Made by a program: the position numbers and the translations under genes. A stretch of 56,722 nucleotides of DNA from sequence record SRR31156797_6672. One strand, given 5' to 3'. How positions within the stretch are numbered: the first letter of the stretch is position 1; each line of letters begins with the position of its first letter. Under the pieces are notes generated by a model. It made no database searches. It had not been told where the DNA came from and saw only the letters and a list, made by a program, of their open reading frames with translations. Positions 47,057-55,825 of this stretch are shown here, one piece after another.

Positions 47057-48586
47057 CTATCTTTTAATATTTGCGATTCCGGTTTCAATCCGTTTCATCA
47101 CCTCATCTTTACCCAGCATTTCTGCAATCATCATCAGGTCGGGGCCAAATCCTCCGCCAACAAGCACAAGCCGAAGGGCATTCATCACTGCACCCATTCC
47201 CAGTTCCCTGATTTCGATGTAATTCACGATTTCCAGTTTGATAACTTCATCTTTAAAATTTTCAACTCCGGCAATGACCTCAAGCAGTCCCTTCATCATT
47301 TCAGGGGTGTGTTCTTTCCAGCGCTTTTTGACTACTTTGGGATCATAGGTTGTAGGCGCCTGGAAAAAGAAGGCACTTTGTCCCCAGAAATCCTTCACAA
47401 ACTCTGCCCGTTCTTTTATCAGGCCAACCACTTTTGCAACAAAGGCTTTTTCTGTATGAACTCCCTTTGACTCCAGTTCTGGCATGAATAATTCCGCCAG
47501 TTCATCATCAGACTTTTGAACTAAATACTGATGGTTGAACCATTTGGCTTTTGCGGGATCAAACTTTGAGCCGGATTTACCAACCTTATCAATCGAAAAA
47601 CTTTCGGTCAGTTCACCCAGAGTAAAAAGCTCCTGTTCAGTGCCGGGGCTCCACCCAAGTAATGCAAGCATGTTGATAAATGCTTCAGGGAAGTAACCAT
47701 CTTCCCGATACCCACCGGAAACAACTCCTGTTTTGGGATCGGTCCATTGGAGCGGAAATACCGGGAAACCAAGTCGGTCACCATCGCGTTTGCTGAGTTT
47801 TCCGTTTCCATCAGGTTTAAGCAATAATGGAAGGTGTGCAAATTGCGGTGCCTCCCATCCAAAATACTGATACAACAAAACATGGAGGGGTGCCGATGGT
47901 AGCCATTCCTCACCGCGAATCACATGCGTGATTCCCATCATGTGATCGTCCACAATATTGGCCAGGTGATAGGTTGGCATTCCATCAGATTTAAACAAAA
48001 CCTTATCATCGAGCAGGCCGGTTTTTACCTCCACTCTTCCCCTGATCAGGTCGTTTACAATGACGGTTTCATTTTCTGGCATTTTAATTCTGATTACATA
48101 AGGATCACCACCATCAATTCTGTTCTGTGTTTCCTCTTCGCCCAGGGTAAGGCTATTATTCATGTCGTTTCTGTTGGCCGGGCCATATTGTTGACTGCTT
48201 GATCCTTCACTTTTCAGGCGTTCGCGCATGGCCTCCAGTTCCTCAGCGGTATCGAAAGCATAATACGCTTTGCCTTCATCTACAAGCTTTTCAGCGAATT
48301 TACTGTAAATGATCTTTCGGTCACTTTGCCGGTAAGGCCCGAATTCTCCACCAACGTCAGGCCCTTCATCATAATTTATGCCGCACCAATTAAGGGCTTC
48401 AATGATGTATTCCTCAGCGCCAGGAACAAACCGGGTCTGGTCGGTATCTTCAATACGCAGGATAAATGTTCCGCCGTTTTTTTTAGCAAACAGATAATTA
48501 TACAATGCTGTTCGCACACCACCTATATGAAGCGGCCCGGTTGGGCTCGGGGCAAACCGTACCCTTACATTTTGTTTATCAGACAT
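47057..48586 (-). CDS. gltX: Glutamate--tRNA ligase
   Basis: VRVRFAPSPTGPLHIGG (HIGH), LRIEDTD, PYRQS, THVIRGEEWL, KLSKR (KMSKS). Likely start MSDKQ (48586). Confidence 0.98.
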   Translation of the reverse strand: MSDKQNVRVRFAPSPTGPLHIGGVRTALYNYLFAKKNGGTFILRIEDTDQTRFVPGAEEYIIEALNWCGINYDEGPDVGGEFGPYRQSDRKIIYSKFAEKLVDEGKAYYAFDTAEELEAMRERLKSEGSSSQQYGPANRNDMNNSLTLGEEETQNRIDGGDPYVIRIKMPENETVIVNDLIRGRVEVKTGLLDDKVLFKSDGMPTYHLANIVDDHMMGITHVIRGEEWLPSAPLHVLLYQYFGWEAPQFAHLPLLLKPDGNGKLSKRDGDRLGFPVFPLQWTDPKTGVVSGGYREDGYFPEAFINMLALLGWSPGTEQELFTLGELTESFSIDKVGKSGSKFDPAKAKWFNHQYLVQKSDDELAELFMPELESKGVHTEKAFVAKVVGLIKERAEFVKDFWGQSAFFFQAPTTYDPKVVKKRWKEHTPEMMKGLLEVIAGVENFKDEVIKLEIVNYIEIRELGMGAVMNALRLVLVGGGFGPDLMMIAEMLGKDEVMKRIETGIANIKR

Positions 48587-48595
48587 AATTAATTT

Positions 48596-48616
48596 TACTT
48601 TTGAGGCGCAAAGATA
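48596..48616. promoter_or_regulatory. Closely spaced opposite-strand Bacteroidota -7 elements: TATCTTTG on minus (48609-48616, gltX) and TACTTTTG on plus (48596-48603)
   Basis: Two exact TAnnTTTG matches on opposite strands just upstream of gltX. Confidence 0.5.
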
Positions 48617-48669
48617 ATGTTTAAGGCAAACTTTATTCATGACTTCGCTGTTGCCAAAAAGAAAAAATC

Positions 48670-49043
48670 ATTCAAAAAAAGAGGATCACCGTGCCCGGTT
48701 ATGAAGGGATGTTGGTATCTGTAGTCCAAGTGGGTTTTTAACCAGACTAAGAATTATCTGTCAAAGTATATATCCTACCTTAATTAAAGGCTATCTGTTT
48801 AAGAATTGTTTTTCACAATCCTTGCGTCAAGGTGAAAAGAATTCAAACCAAAATCATCCATCACAACTGGATCAGCCCGAAAGACCTGATGCAGCTTTTC
48901 AGAAAAGCGCTGAACTCAAATATTAATTTCGGAATTTATTGGGGGGGTCAAACAAAACAATATCCGGCTTAAGCATTGCTAATGCTAAAAAGGATTTAGG
49001 GTACAAGTCTGTTGATGATTTTGAAAAAACTAAAGACATTTGA
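48670..49043 (+). pseudogene. Decayed NAD-dependent epimerase/dehydratase (uronate dehydrogenase-like) pseudogene
   Basis: Fragments KKRITVPGYEGMLVSVVQVGF* (degenerate Rossmann start); NWISPKDLMQLFRKALNSNINFGIYWG; frameshift in a G7 run; then SNKTISGLSIANAKKDLGYKSVDDFEKTKDI*. Confidence 0.55.
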
Positions 49044-49144
49044 TAAATTGCCAATTTTGTGAAATAAGAGATCAGTCAACATGTGGAAAGCCCCTACCAG
49101 AAATGATTTGTCAAAACATAAATGCAAATAAATACATTAATTGC

Positions 49145-49152
49145 TATTTTTG
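49145..49152 (+). promoter_or_regulatory. Bacteroidota -7 promoter element (TATTTTTG) at the head of the RRE/kinase/GT cluster
   Basis: Exact TAnnTTTG match 36 nt before ATG 49189, which supports that start over the TTG at 49141. Confidence 0.6.
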
Positions 49153-49188
49153 ATCCCGAAAAGAGATTGCAACCAAAATCAAAAAAAT

Positions 49189-49647
49189 ATGGGATTAGCA
49201 AATATACTTACGGTGAATGAGCCCAATGTAGTGCACGAAACCATTGATGGTGAAACCATCCTGCTTGATTTAAATACGGGGAATTATTTCAGCCTTGCAG
49301 GGCCCGGTGCAATTGTATGGGAGGCCATTGTTGAAACCGGTAGTTGGAAAATGGTTATAGAGGAGTTTCAAAAAAATAACGGGGAATCAAAGGATACAAT
49401 CCGGAAATCCATTACTGGTTTTTTGGGGGATTTGATGCAGGAAAACCTGCTGGTTGAAACAACCGATGCAAAAGCAGATCATTTTTCTGATGAAATAGCT
49501 AACCAGATCAAAGAAGCCGCAAAGAACTTTACAGCCCCTGCTATCAATAAATATTCTGACATGCAGGACTTGTTACTGCTTGACCCGATTCATGAAGTGG
49601 ACGAAAAAGGCTGGCCCGAAAGCAAAGATGCTCCAGAAAATGAGTAG
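49189..49647 (+). CDS. PqqD-family RiPP recognition element (RRE) with a fused C-terminal leader/precursor-like peptide
   Basis: VVHETIDGETILLDLNTGNYFSLAGPGAIVWE...FLGDLMQENLL is a PqqD/RRE signature; tail FTAPAINKYSDMQDLLLLDPIHEVDEKGWP. Confidence 0.88.
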   Translation: MGLANILTVNEPNVVHETIDGETILLDLNTGNYFSLAGPGAIVWEAIVETGSWKMVIEEFQKNNGESKDTIRKSITGFLGDLMQENLLVETTDAKADHFSDEIANQIKEAAKNFTAPAINKYSDMQDLLLLDPIHEVDEKGWPESKDAPENE

Positions 49648-49676
49648 CGGATATCCATTCTGGTAAAACCCTGTTT

Positions 49677-50810
49677 ATGAAACCTAAATATGGAAGTCCA
49701 TTCACCAATCCATCACAGGAATTACTGATCAAATCTTGTTTTGCATCCCCCGGGGATTTTGGAACCTTTTATTCAAAATGGAAAAAACAAATTGATTTTG
49801 AGGAAGACATCGAGTATGGATCATTCAGGCTTTTGCCCCTGCTATATTTAAAATTGCTCGATCATAAAATTGAAGATGAACTCACGCCAAGGCTAAAGGG
49901 TATCTACCGGAAATCGTGGTCCCAAAACCACTTTCTTTTCAGGGAAACGGGTAAGGTAGTAAATTTCATGCATCAACATGGCATTCCAACGCTTTTGATC
50001 AAAGGCATTCCGTTGTCCATTTTGTCCTATCGTAATTATGCAGCGAGGCCGATGGTAGATATGGACATTCTGGTTCATCCTGAGGATGCAAAGACAACTT
50101 TCAGGCTTTTGCTCGATAACGGCTGGAAGTCGGCAGACGAAGTTCATGATCACTACAACCTGAATCATCAGAAAAGCATTACGGCAATTGATAAGAAAAA
50201 TACAGAATTCGACCTGCACTGGTATCCTTTTGATGAGTGTTATGGACTTGCGAACAAGGATGATTTTTGGGACCGGGCTGAAGAAATTGTTGTTTCCGGA
50301 GCAAAAACACTTGCACAGTGCGCTGCTGATGAATTGTTGCTTTCTTTTGTTCACGGGCTTATGCCAAATCCAGTTCCGCCTATCCGTTGGATTGCCGACG
50401 CTATGACGTTGATCAGCGACAAGAAACGACCGGTTGACTGGGACAGGGTTATTGAATATGCAGGAAAATTCAGTGTGCAGGTTCAACTCCAAATTGCTAC
50501 AAAATACCTGAACGAAACTTTTGATGCTCCCATTCCAGAGGAGGTGTACAACAGAATTTTAAAAATAAAGCCCACGCTTGCCGACAAGCTGGTTTATAAA
50601 AGGAAAGGGGTTTTCGTTTACCATCCCTCACTTAAAAAACTTTTCATCGCCTACATCTCTTTTCTCAAAAACCCGGCATACAAAAGTTTGCTCACCAGGC
50701 ATTTTGCATTTTTCAGGTACCTTCGTGAAAGGTCGAAAGGAAAACCTGCTTTTAAAATTTTGATCTACTATATTTCCGTAATTTTAAAGCGAAGAAAATC
50801 AAACAGATAA
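49677..50810 (+). CDS. Nucleotidyltransferase family protein (NTP_transf_5 type, as found in lasso/RiPP clusters)
   Basis: LLIKGIPL...Y..YAARPMVDMDILV (RxxxDxD), EFDLHW, IRWIAD, VDWDRV. Confidence 0.88.
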   Translation: MKPKYGSPFTNPSQELLIKSCFASPGDFGTFYSKWKKQIDFEEDIEYGSFRLLPLLYLKLLDHKIEDELTPRLKGIYRKSWSQNHFLFRETGKVVNFMHQHGIPTLLIKGIPLSILSYRNYAARPMVDMDILVHPEDAKTTFRLLLDNGWKSADEVHDHYNLNHQKSITAIDKKNTEFDLHWYPFDECYGLANKDDFWDRAEEIVVSGAKTLAQCAADELLLSFVHGLMPNPVPPIRWIADAMTLISDKKRPVDWDRVIEYAGKFSVQVQLQIATKYLNETFDAPIPEEVYNRILKIKPTLADKLVYKRKGVFVYHPSLKKLFIAYISFLKNPAYKSLLTRHFAFFRYLRERSKGKPAFKILIYYISVILKRRKSNR

Positions 50811-50824
50811 TACCAAAACAATAA

Positions 50825-52528
50825 TTGGCTGCTTTACGAAAGAATAAACCAGGTAAGCGCACAGCGCTCTTTTCAAGACCGGCATGGCGATACTTCTATG
50901 GTTTTTTTAAACAAGACCGGAATAAACTTGTGTTCACGTCTCTGGGTTTTGTTGCGGCCAGTTACCTGATACTGCCCACACTTTGGCTTGTAAAACATGT
51001 GTTTGACGTTGCCATTCCACAGAAGCAGGTTACAACATTTTTCCTGGCCGGAGGTGCCATTTTTTTAATCCGGGTTGTGAATAGTTCCATCACCCTCTAT
51101 CTCCGTAAATACAATATCAACACGATATCAAATGCCATTTTTGAACTGCGTAAACACCTGACCCATAAAATTTTTACCCTATCCCGCTCCTACCTCGACA
51201 GGGAGGACCTTTCCATATTGCACACACGCATCGTACAGGATACAGAACGTGTTTCAAGGATGGGGACATCAATCATTGGCGGACTATTTCCCGCAATCCT
51301 GGTAAGCATCGGCCTGATTGGTGTGTTGCTGTATTTAAACTGGTATCTGTTCCTGATAATTCTCCTTTTTTTTCCTGTCTTGTATTTTTCAAACAATTAC
51401 ATGGGCCGGATTGCAAAAAAAAAGGTTTACAGCTACCAGCGCGCATTTGAAGGGTTTAGCCGGGGAACCATGTTCCTGATCAAATTTATGGATTTGATAA
51501 AACTGCAGTCGGTTGAAAATGAAGAAAGCGAAAAGCAAAACACCATTCTGGATGATCTGAAAAACAAAACCACGGACAGAACTTTTTTTAATACCCTCAA
51601 CAACCAGACCCAAAGTCTGGTGCTGAGCCTAATTGGGCTTACAGTGCTTATTGTGGGTGGTATTGCTGTGGTTAAGGATGTGATGACCCTGGGCGATCTG
51701 ATGGCATTTTACCTGGCGGCGATGCAATTACAATCCAGGCTGGGAAATATCAGCGGGTCTTTTTCGAATTTGCTTACCGGAAATGAATCGCTGATTACAC
51801 TTTATCATATCGCTGAGAAGCGCGAAACAGAACCTTACTCCGGAAAGCAAAAAATCCAGTTGCAAAATAAAATCCAATTTAAATCGGTTGCTTTTCAATA
51901 CACAGATAACCCGGTTCTTCACAACATAAACCTTACCATTTCGAAAGGTAAAAGTTATGCCATCATTGGCCCGAACGGATCTGGGAAATCCACCATCATT
52001 CACCTGTTACTGGGATTTTATAAACCGATGGATGGCAATATTTTTGCAGATGAAACTCCCTACGATGAGATTGATTTTAGCTGGTTCAGAAAATCATTTG
52101 GTGTTGTATCCCAGCACCCGCCACTCATTCAGGGTACTATTTCCAATAATATTTCATTCGGAAATAATGCTTCCACAGATAATGACATCCTTGAATCAGC
52201 AAGACTATCAACTGCAAACGACTTCATTCAAAAGCTACCCAATGGATTCCAAACAGAAATCGGTGATAGCGGTGTGTTGCTTTCCGGTGGTGAAAGGCAG
52301 AAAATAGCCATTGCCCGGGCACTATTGCGAAAACCGAAATTGCTCATTCTGGATGAGCCTACTAACCATCTTGATGAATCGGCTGTGGAAGAAATTATGC
52401 AAAATATTAAATCGCTTCACTTCAATCCTTCAATATTAATTATCAGTCACGACATGTCGGTAATCCGGCACGCATCCGAAATTTACATGTTGGATAAAGG
52501 CATTTTAAACGTATACAATCAGGCATAA
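50825..52528 (+). CDS. ABC exporter, fused permease plus ATP-binding domain (no C39 peptidase domain)
   Basis: Six TM segments; Walker A GPNGSGKST, signature LSGGERQK, Walker B LILDEPT, H-loop ISHD. Confidence 0.95.
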   Translation: MAALRKNKPGKRTALFSRPAWRYFYGFFKQDRNKLVFTSLGFVAASYLILPTLWLVKHVFDVAIPQKQVTTFFLAGGAIFLIRVVNSSITLYLRKYNINTISNAIFELRKHLTHKIFTLSRSYLDREDLSILHTRIVQDTERVSRMGTSIIGGLFPAILVSIGLIGVLLYLNWYLFLIILLFFPVLYFSNNYMGRIAKKKVYSYQRAFEGFSRGTMFLIKFMDLIKLQSVENEESEKQNTILDDLKNKTTDRTFFNTLNNQTQSLVLSLIGLTVLIVGGIAVVKDVMTLGDLMAFYLAAMQLQSRLGNISGSFSNLLTGNESLITLYHIAEKRETEPYSGKQKIQLQNKIQFKSVAFQYTDNPVLHNINLTISKGKSYAIIGPNGSGKSTIIHLLLGFYKPMDGNIFADETPYDEIDFSWFRKSFGVVSQHPPLIQGTISNNISFGNNASTDNDILESARLSTANDFIQKLPNGFQTEIGDSGVLLSGGERQKIAIARALLRKPKLLILDEPTNHLDESAVEEIMQNIKSLHFNPSILIISHDMSVIRHASEIYMLDKGILNVYNQA

Positions 52529-52529
52529 A

Positions 52530-55070
52530 ATGGACAAACCTGAAAAATCGGAACAGGAACAAATTCATTTTTTTGAGCAATGTAAACTAAAGTTTAACCA
52601 GGCTGCAATAAAAACAGGAGCAATTAAGCTTTTTTACCGGATTGCCGAAACAACAGTTTGTTTGAATTTCGCCGGAAAGGCATTACTTCCCTGGTTAACT
52701 CCCGCGCTGGAACACCTCAAAATAAACGCTGCAAGCGCAGATTTAACAATTCATGTTTTTGATACCATTTCCACCGGGGTGAATGCCCCTCCCCCGCCAT
52801 GCGAATGGGCGGATTTTACAGATCGTGGAGATATCTGGGGATTCAACAGCAAGCGCATCAAAACTGCCTTTCACTGGAGTGAATATTCAGTGAATGTACT
52901 CGACCTGGATACCAATACCGGTGTTTACTGGGTGAAAAACCCAAATGCTTTTCCGTACTGGGTTTATTCCTCTCCTTTCCGCTCAATGATACAGTGGTGG
53001 ATGGAAAAAAATGGAGGCCAGCTTTTGCATGCTGCCGCTGTAGGCAATGAAGACGGTGCTGTGTTGATTACCGGCAAAGGCGGAACCGGAAAATCAACCT
53101 CTGCTATCGTTAGCCTTGACCAGGGTATGAAATACCTGGGCGACGACTATGTGATCGTGAAAAAAGATCCGGAACCAACTGTCTACAGTCTTTATAGCAC
53201 AGCCAAACTCAACATTGAGGACATGAGTAAGTTCCCTGCTCTTGCACCAATGGCAGTTAATAAAACTAAGGAAGACCAGGAAAAAGATGTGCTGTTTCTG
53301 TATCCAAAACGCAGGCATCAGATCGTTGACAAACTTCCGATTAAGGCCATCCTTACACCAAAAATTCAAAAGAGCAGAAATACCGATATTGTTCCGGCGT
53401 CATTCTGGCCCATTCAAAAAGCCATGTCATTTACAACCATGTCGCAACTTCCTGGCGTGGGATCGCACACACAACAATACATCAGGGAATTCATTTCAAA
53501 ACTTCCCTGTTATCTGTTAAAACCGGGAAATTATTACCCGGGAGTTTCCGATACAATTACGGATTTTCTTGATCATCCTGAAAAGTACCAGGTTGATGAA
53601 ACTGCAAAAGAAAACAAGGAAAAACCGCTGATAAGCATTGTGATACCGGTCCATAACGGCGCCCGATTTATTCATGCTGCCATCGAAAATATCCGGCAAC
53701 AAAAATATCCGGCAACCGAGATTTTTATTGTGGATGATGGTTCGACCGACGATACCCGTGAAGTGGTTGAAAACCTGGATGAGGATGTGCGCTATTTTCA
53801 CCAGCCCAATTCAGGCCCGGCAGCGGCAAGAAATAGAGCAATCAGGGATGTATCAGGAGAATTCATCGCCTTCCTGGATGTGGATGACCTGTGGCCGGAT
53901 AAAAACCTTGAGATGCTGATGCAGGAATTACAGCAAAACCCTGAGCTGGATTTGGTAAGGGGGTATGCCCAGCTTTTCAGAATAAATGAAAATGATGAAA
54001 TGGAGTATATCGGGAATCCAAAAGAATCCTATCCAAACTATATCGGTGCGGCGCTTTACCGCAAATCGGCCTTCGAAAAAGTAGGGTTATATGATCCTGA
54101 ATTACGTTTTGGTGAGGATGGTGACTGGTTTAACCGCGCCAAAGAAAAGCAGATTAATATGAACCGCCTGGATGATGTCACGCTTTTTGTGCAACGCCAC
54201 GAAAATAACATGACCAAAGGCAAAAGCCTGGTGGAACTCAACACACTGAAGGTTTTTAAAAAGAAACTTGAAAGAAAGCGCTCGGGTATAGTTGAAGACA
54301 AAGTAAAACCTGATGCAAACCATAAAACTAACCTACCACTGATCAGTGTGATTATTCCGGTGTACAATGGCGGTGCATTTATTGCAGATGCCATCGAGAG
54401 CGTAAAATCGCAAAACTACCAGCCTATCGAGATCATCGTTGTTGACGATGGGTCAACGGACAATACGGCGGACATGGTGAAAATGACTGGTGAAGGCCAG
54501 GCCTATTCCAGGCAGGAAAACAATGGCCCTGCAGCAGCCAGAAATGCAGGATTACGCCAAGCAAAAGGAAAGTATATCGCTTTCCTTGATGCTGACGATG
54601 TTTGGCTTCATGATAAACTAATCCGCCAGGAAGCCTTAATGCGCAACCAGTCGAAATCAGGTGCCGTGATTGGCTATACCCATAAAATGCCCATGTCACA
54701 AAAACCCGGCAACAATAAGAAAAACCAGGGTGATTTCCTGCTCAGCCTTGGAGCATCACTGTTCAGAAAAAGTGTTTTCGACAAAGTCGGTTTTTTTGAC
54801 GAGAATCTTAAATCCGGTGAAGACATCGACTGGTTTTTAAGGGCAAGAGAAGCCGGAGTTCACATTATGATTCATAAACAGCTTGTGCAATATTACCGAA
54901 CTCATGGCCGCAATATTTCCAACAATCAAAATCTGGTTAATCTGTTCTTACTTAAAGTGCACAAAAAATCTCTGGATCGCAGGCGTAAGGCCGGGAAGGG
55001 TACTGCATTTAAACTGCCAAAACTCAATGATGTGGATGAAATAATGAAATTCTGGCAGAATCGGGATTAA
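52530..55070 (+). CDS. Fusion protein: HprK-related P-loop kinase plus two GT2 glycosyltransferase domains
   Basis: aa 1-350: LLHAAAV...GKGGTGKST...YLGDDYV. GT2 domain a from aa 366 (PLISIVIPVHN, VDDGSTD, FLDVDD, GED.DW). GT2 domain b from aa 603 (PLISVIIPVYN, VDDGSTD, FLDADD, GEDIDW). Confidence 0.9.
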   Translation: MDKPEKSEQEQIHFFEQCKLKFNQAAIKTGAIKLFYRIAETTVCLNFAGKALLPWLTPALEHLKINAASADLTIHVFDTISTGVNAPPPPCEWADFTDRGDIWGFNSKRIKTAFHWSEYSVNVLDLDTNTGVYWVKNPNAFPYWVYSSPFRSMIQWWMEKNGGQLLHAAAVGNEDGAVLITGKGGTGKSTSAIVSLDQGMKYLGDDYVIVKKDPEPTVYSLYSTAKLNIEDMSKFPALAPMAVNKTKEDQEKDVLFLYPKRRHQIVDKLPIKAILTPKIQKSRNTDIVPASFWPIQKAMSFTTMSQLPGVGSHTQQYIREFISKLPCYLLKPGNYYPGVSDTITDFLDHPEKYQVDETAKENKEKPLISIVIPVHNGARFIHAAIENIRQQKYPATEIFIVDDGSTDDTREVVENLDEDVRYFHQPNSGPAAARNRAIRDVSGEFIAFLDVDDLWPDKNLEMLMQELQQNPELDLVRGYAQLFRINENDEMEYIGNPKESYPNYIGAALYRKSAFEKVGLYDPELRFGEDGDWFNRAKEKQINMNRLDDVTLFVQRHENNMTKGKSLVELNTLKVFKKKLERKRSGIVEDKVKPDANHKTNLPLISVIIPVYNGGAFIADAIESVKSQNYQPIEIIVVDDGSTDNTADMVKMTGEGQAYSRQENNGPAAARNAGLRQAKGKYIAFLDADDVWLHDKLIRQEALMRNQSKSGAVIGYTHKMPMSQKPGNNKKNQGDFLLSLGASLFRKSVFDKVGFFDENLKSGEDIDWFLRAREAGVHIMIHKQLVQYYRTHGRNISNNQNLVNLFLLKVHKKSLDRRRKAGKGTAFKLPKLNDVDEIMKFWQNRD

Positions 55071-55080
55071 CAGCATTTTC

Positions 55081-55767
55081 ATGATGAAACCAAAAGTAAG
55101 CGTAATCATACCGGTATACAACCGCGAGCAATACATTGCTGAGGCTATTCAAAGCGCCATAAATCAAGCCTGTTCCTCCATCGAAATTATTGTTGTTGAT
55201 GACGGGTCTACGGATGGTACGCCTGAGGTTGTTTCGCAATTCAAGACCATTAAAATTATAACACAATCCAACCAGGGTGTTGCTGCCGCACGAAATACCG
55301 GCCTTGCCCATGCATCAGGTGAACACATCGCTTTTGTTGATAGTGATGATATTTGTATGCCGAAGAGATTCCGGATTTGTTTGGATCATTTTGCAAAAAA
55401 TCCTGAAACAGATTTTATAGTTGGAAAAGAACAAATGTTTCTCGAAAAGAACACCCCCCAACCGGATTCAATAAATCCCGAATGGCTTGCGGGGCCAAGG
55501 GATGCCTGGAATACAGCTGTTTTATTTGCGAGAAAATCCTGTTTTGAAACCGCAGGAATGTTCAACACAAACTATATTTCAGGTGAGGACACAGAGTGGT
55601 TTTTTCGGGCTATAGGAGTGGGGCTAAAATATGTCCAGCTTCCCGATGTACTCATCAAACGCAGGATCCACTCCACCAATCTATCAATCGAGCGTAAGAA
55701 ATTTGAGAATAAAATGTTGTTTCAGGTACTCAGGGAATCGGTTCAACGAAAACTTCATAACAAATAA
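55081..55767 (+). CDS. Glycosyltransferase family 2
   Basis: KVSVIIPVYN, VDDGSTD, AAARNTG, FVDSDD, GEDTEW, RRIHSTN. Confidence 0.93.
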   Translation: MMKPKVSVIIPVYNREQYIAEAIQSAINQACSSIEIIVVDDGSTDGTPEVVSQFKTIKIITQSNQGVAAARNTGLAHASGEHIAFVDSDDICMPKRFRICLDHFAKNPETDFIVGKEQMFLEKNTPQPDSINPEWLAGPRDAWNTAVLFARKSCFETAGMFNTNYISGEDTEWFFRAIGVGLKYVQLPDVLIKRRIHSTNLSIERKKFENKMLFQVLRESVQRKLHNK

Positions 55768-55825
55768 CCCTTTTAGCCAATTTTGCCGATATTAGCTCAT
55801 GAAAAAGATTAACAGGCGATAAATC

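Noticed and set aside
49081-49131. 16-codon ORF MWKAPTRNDLSKHKCK just upstream of the RRE gene, with a WxxP resembling a lasso leader
   Set aside because: Too short for leader plus core, lacks the Leu of WxxPxL and any ring-forming pattern, and lies upstream of the cluster's promoter motif; probably chance.
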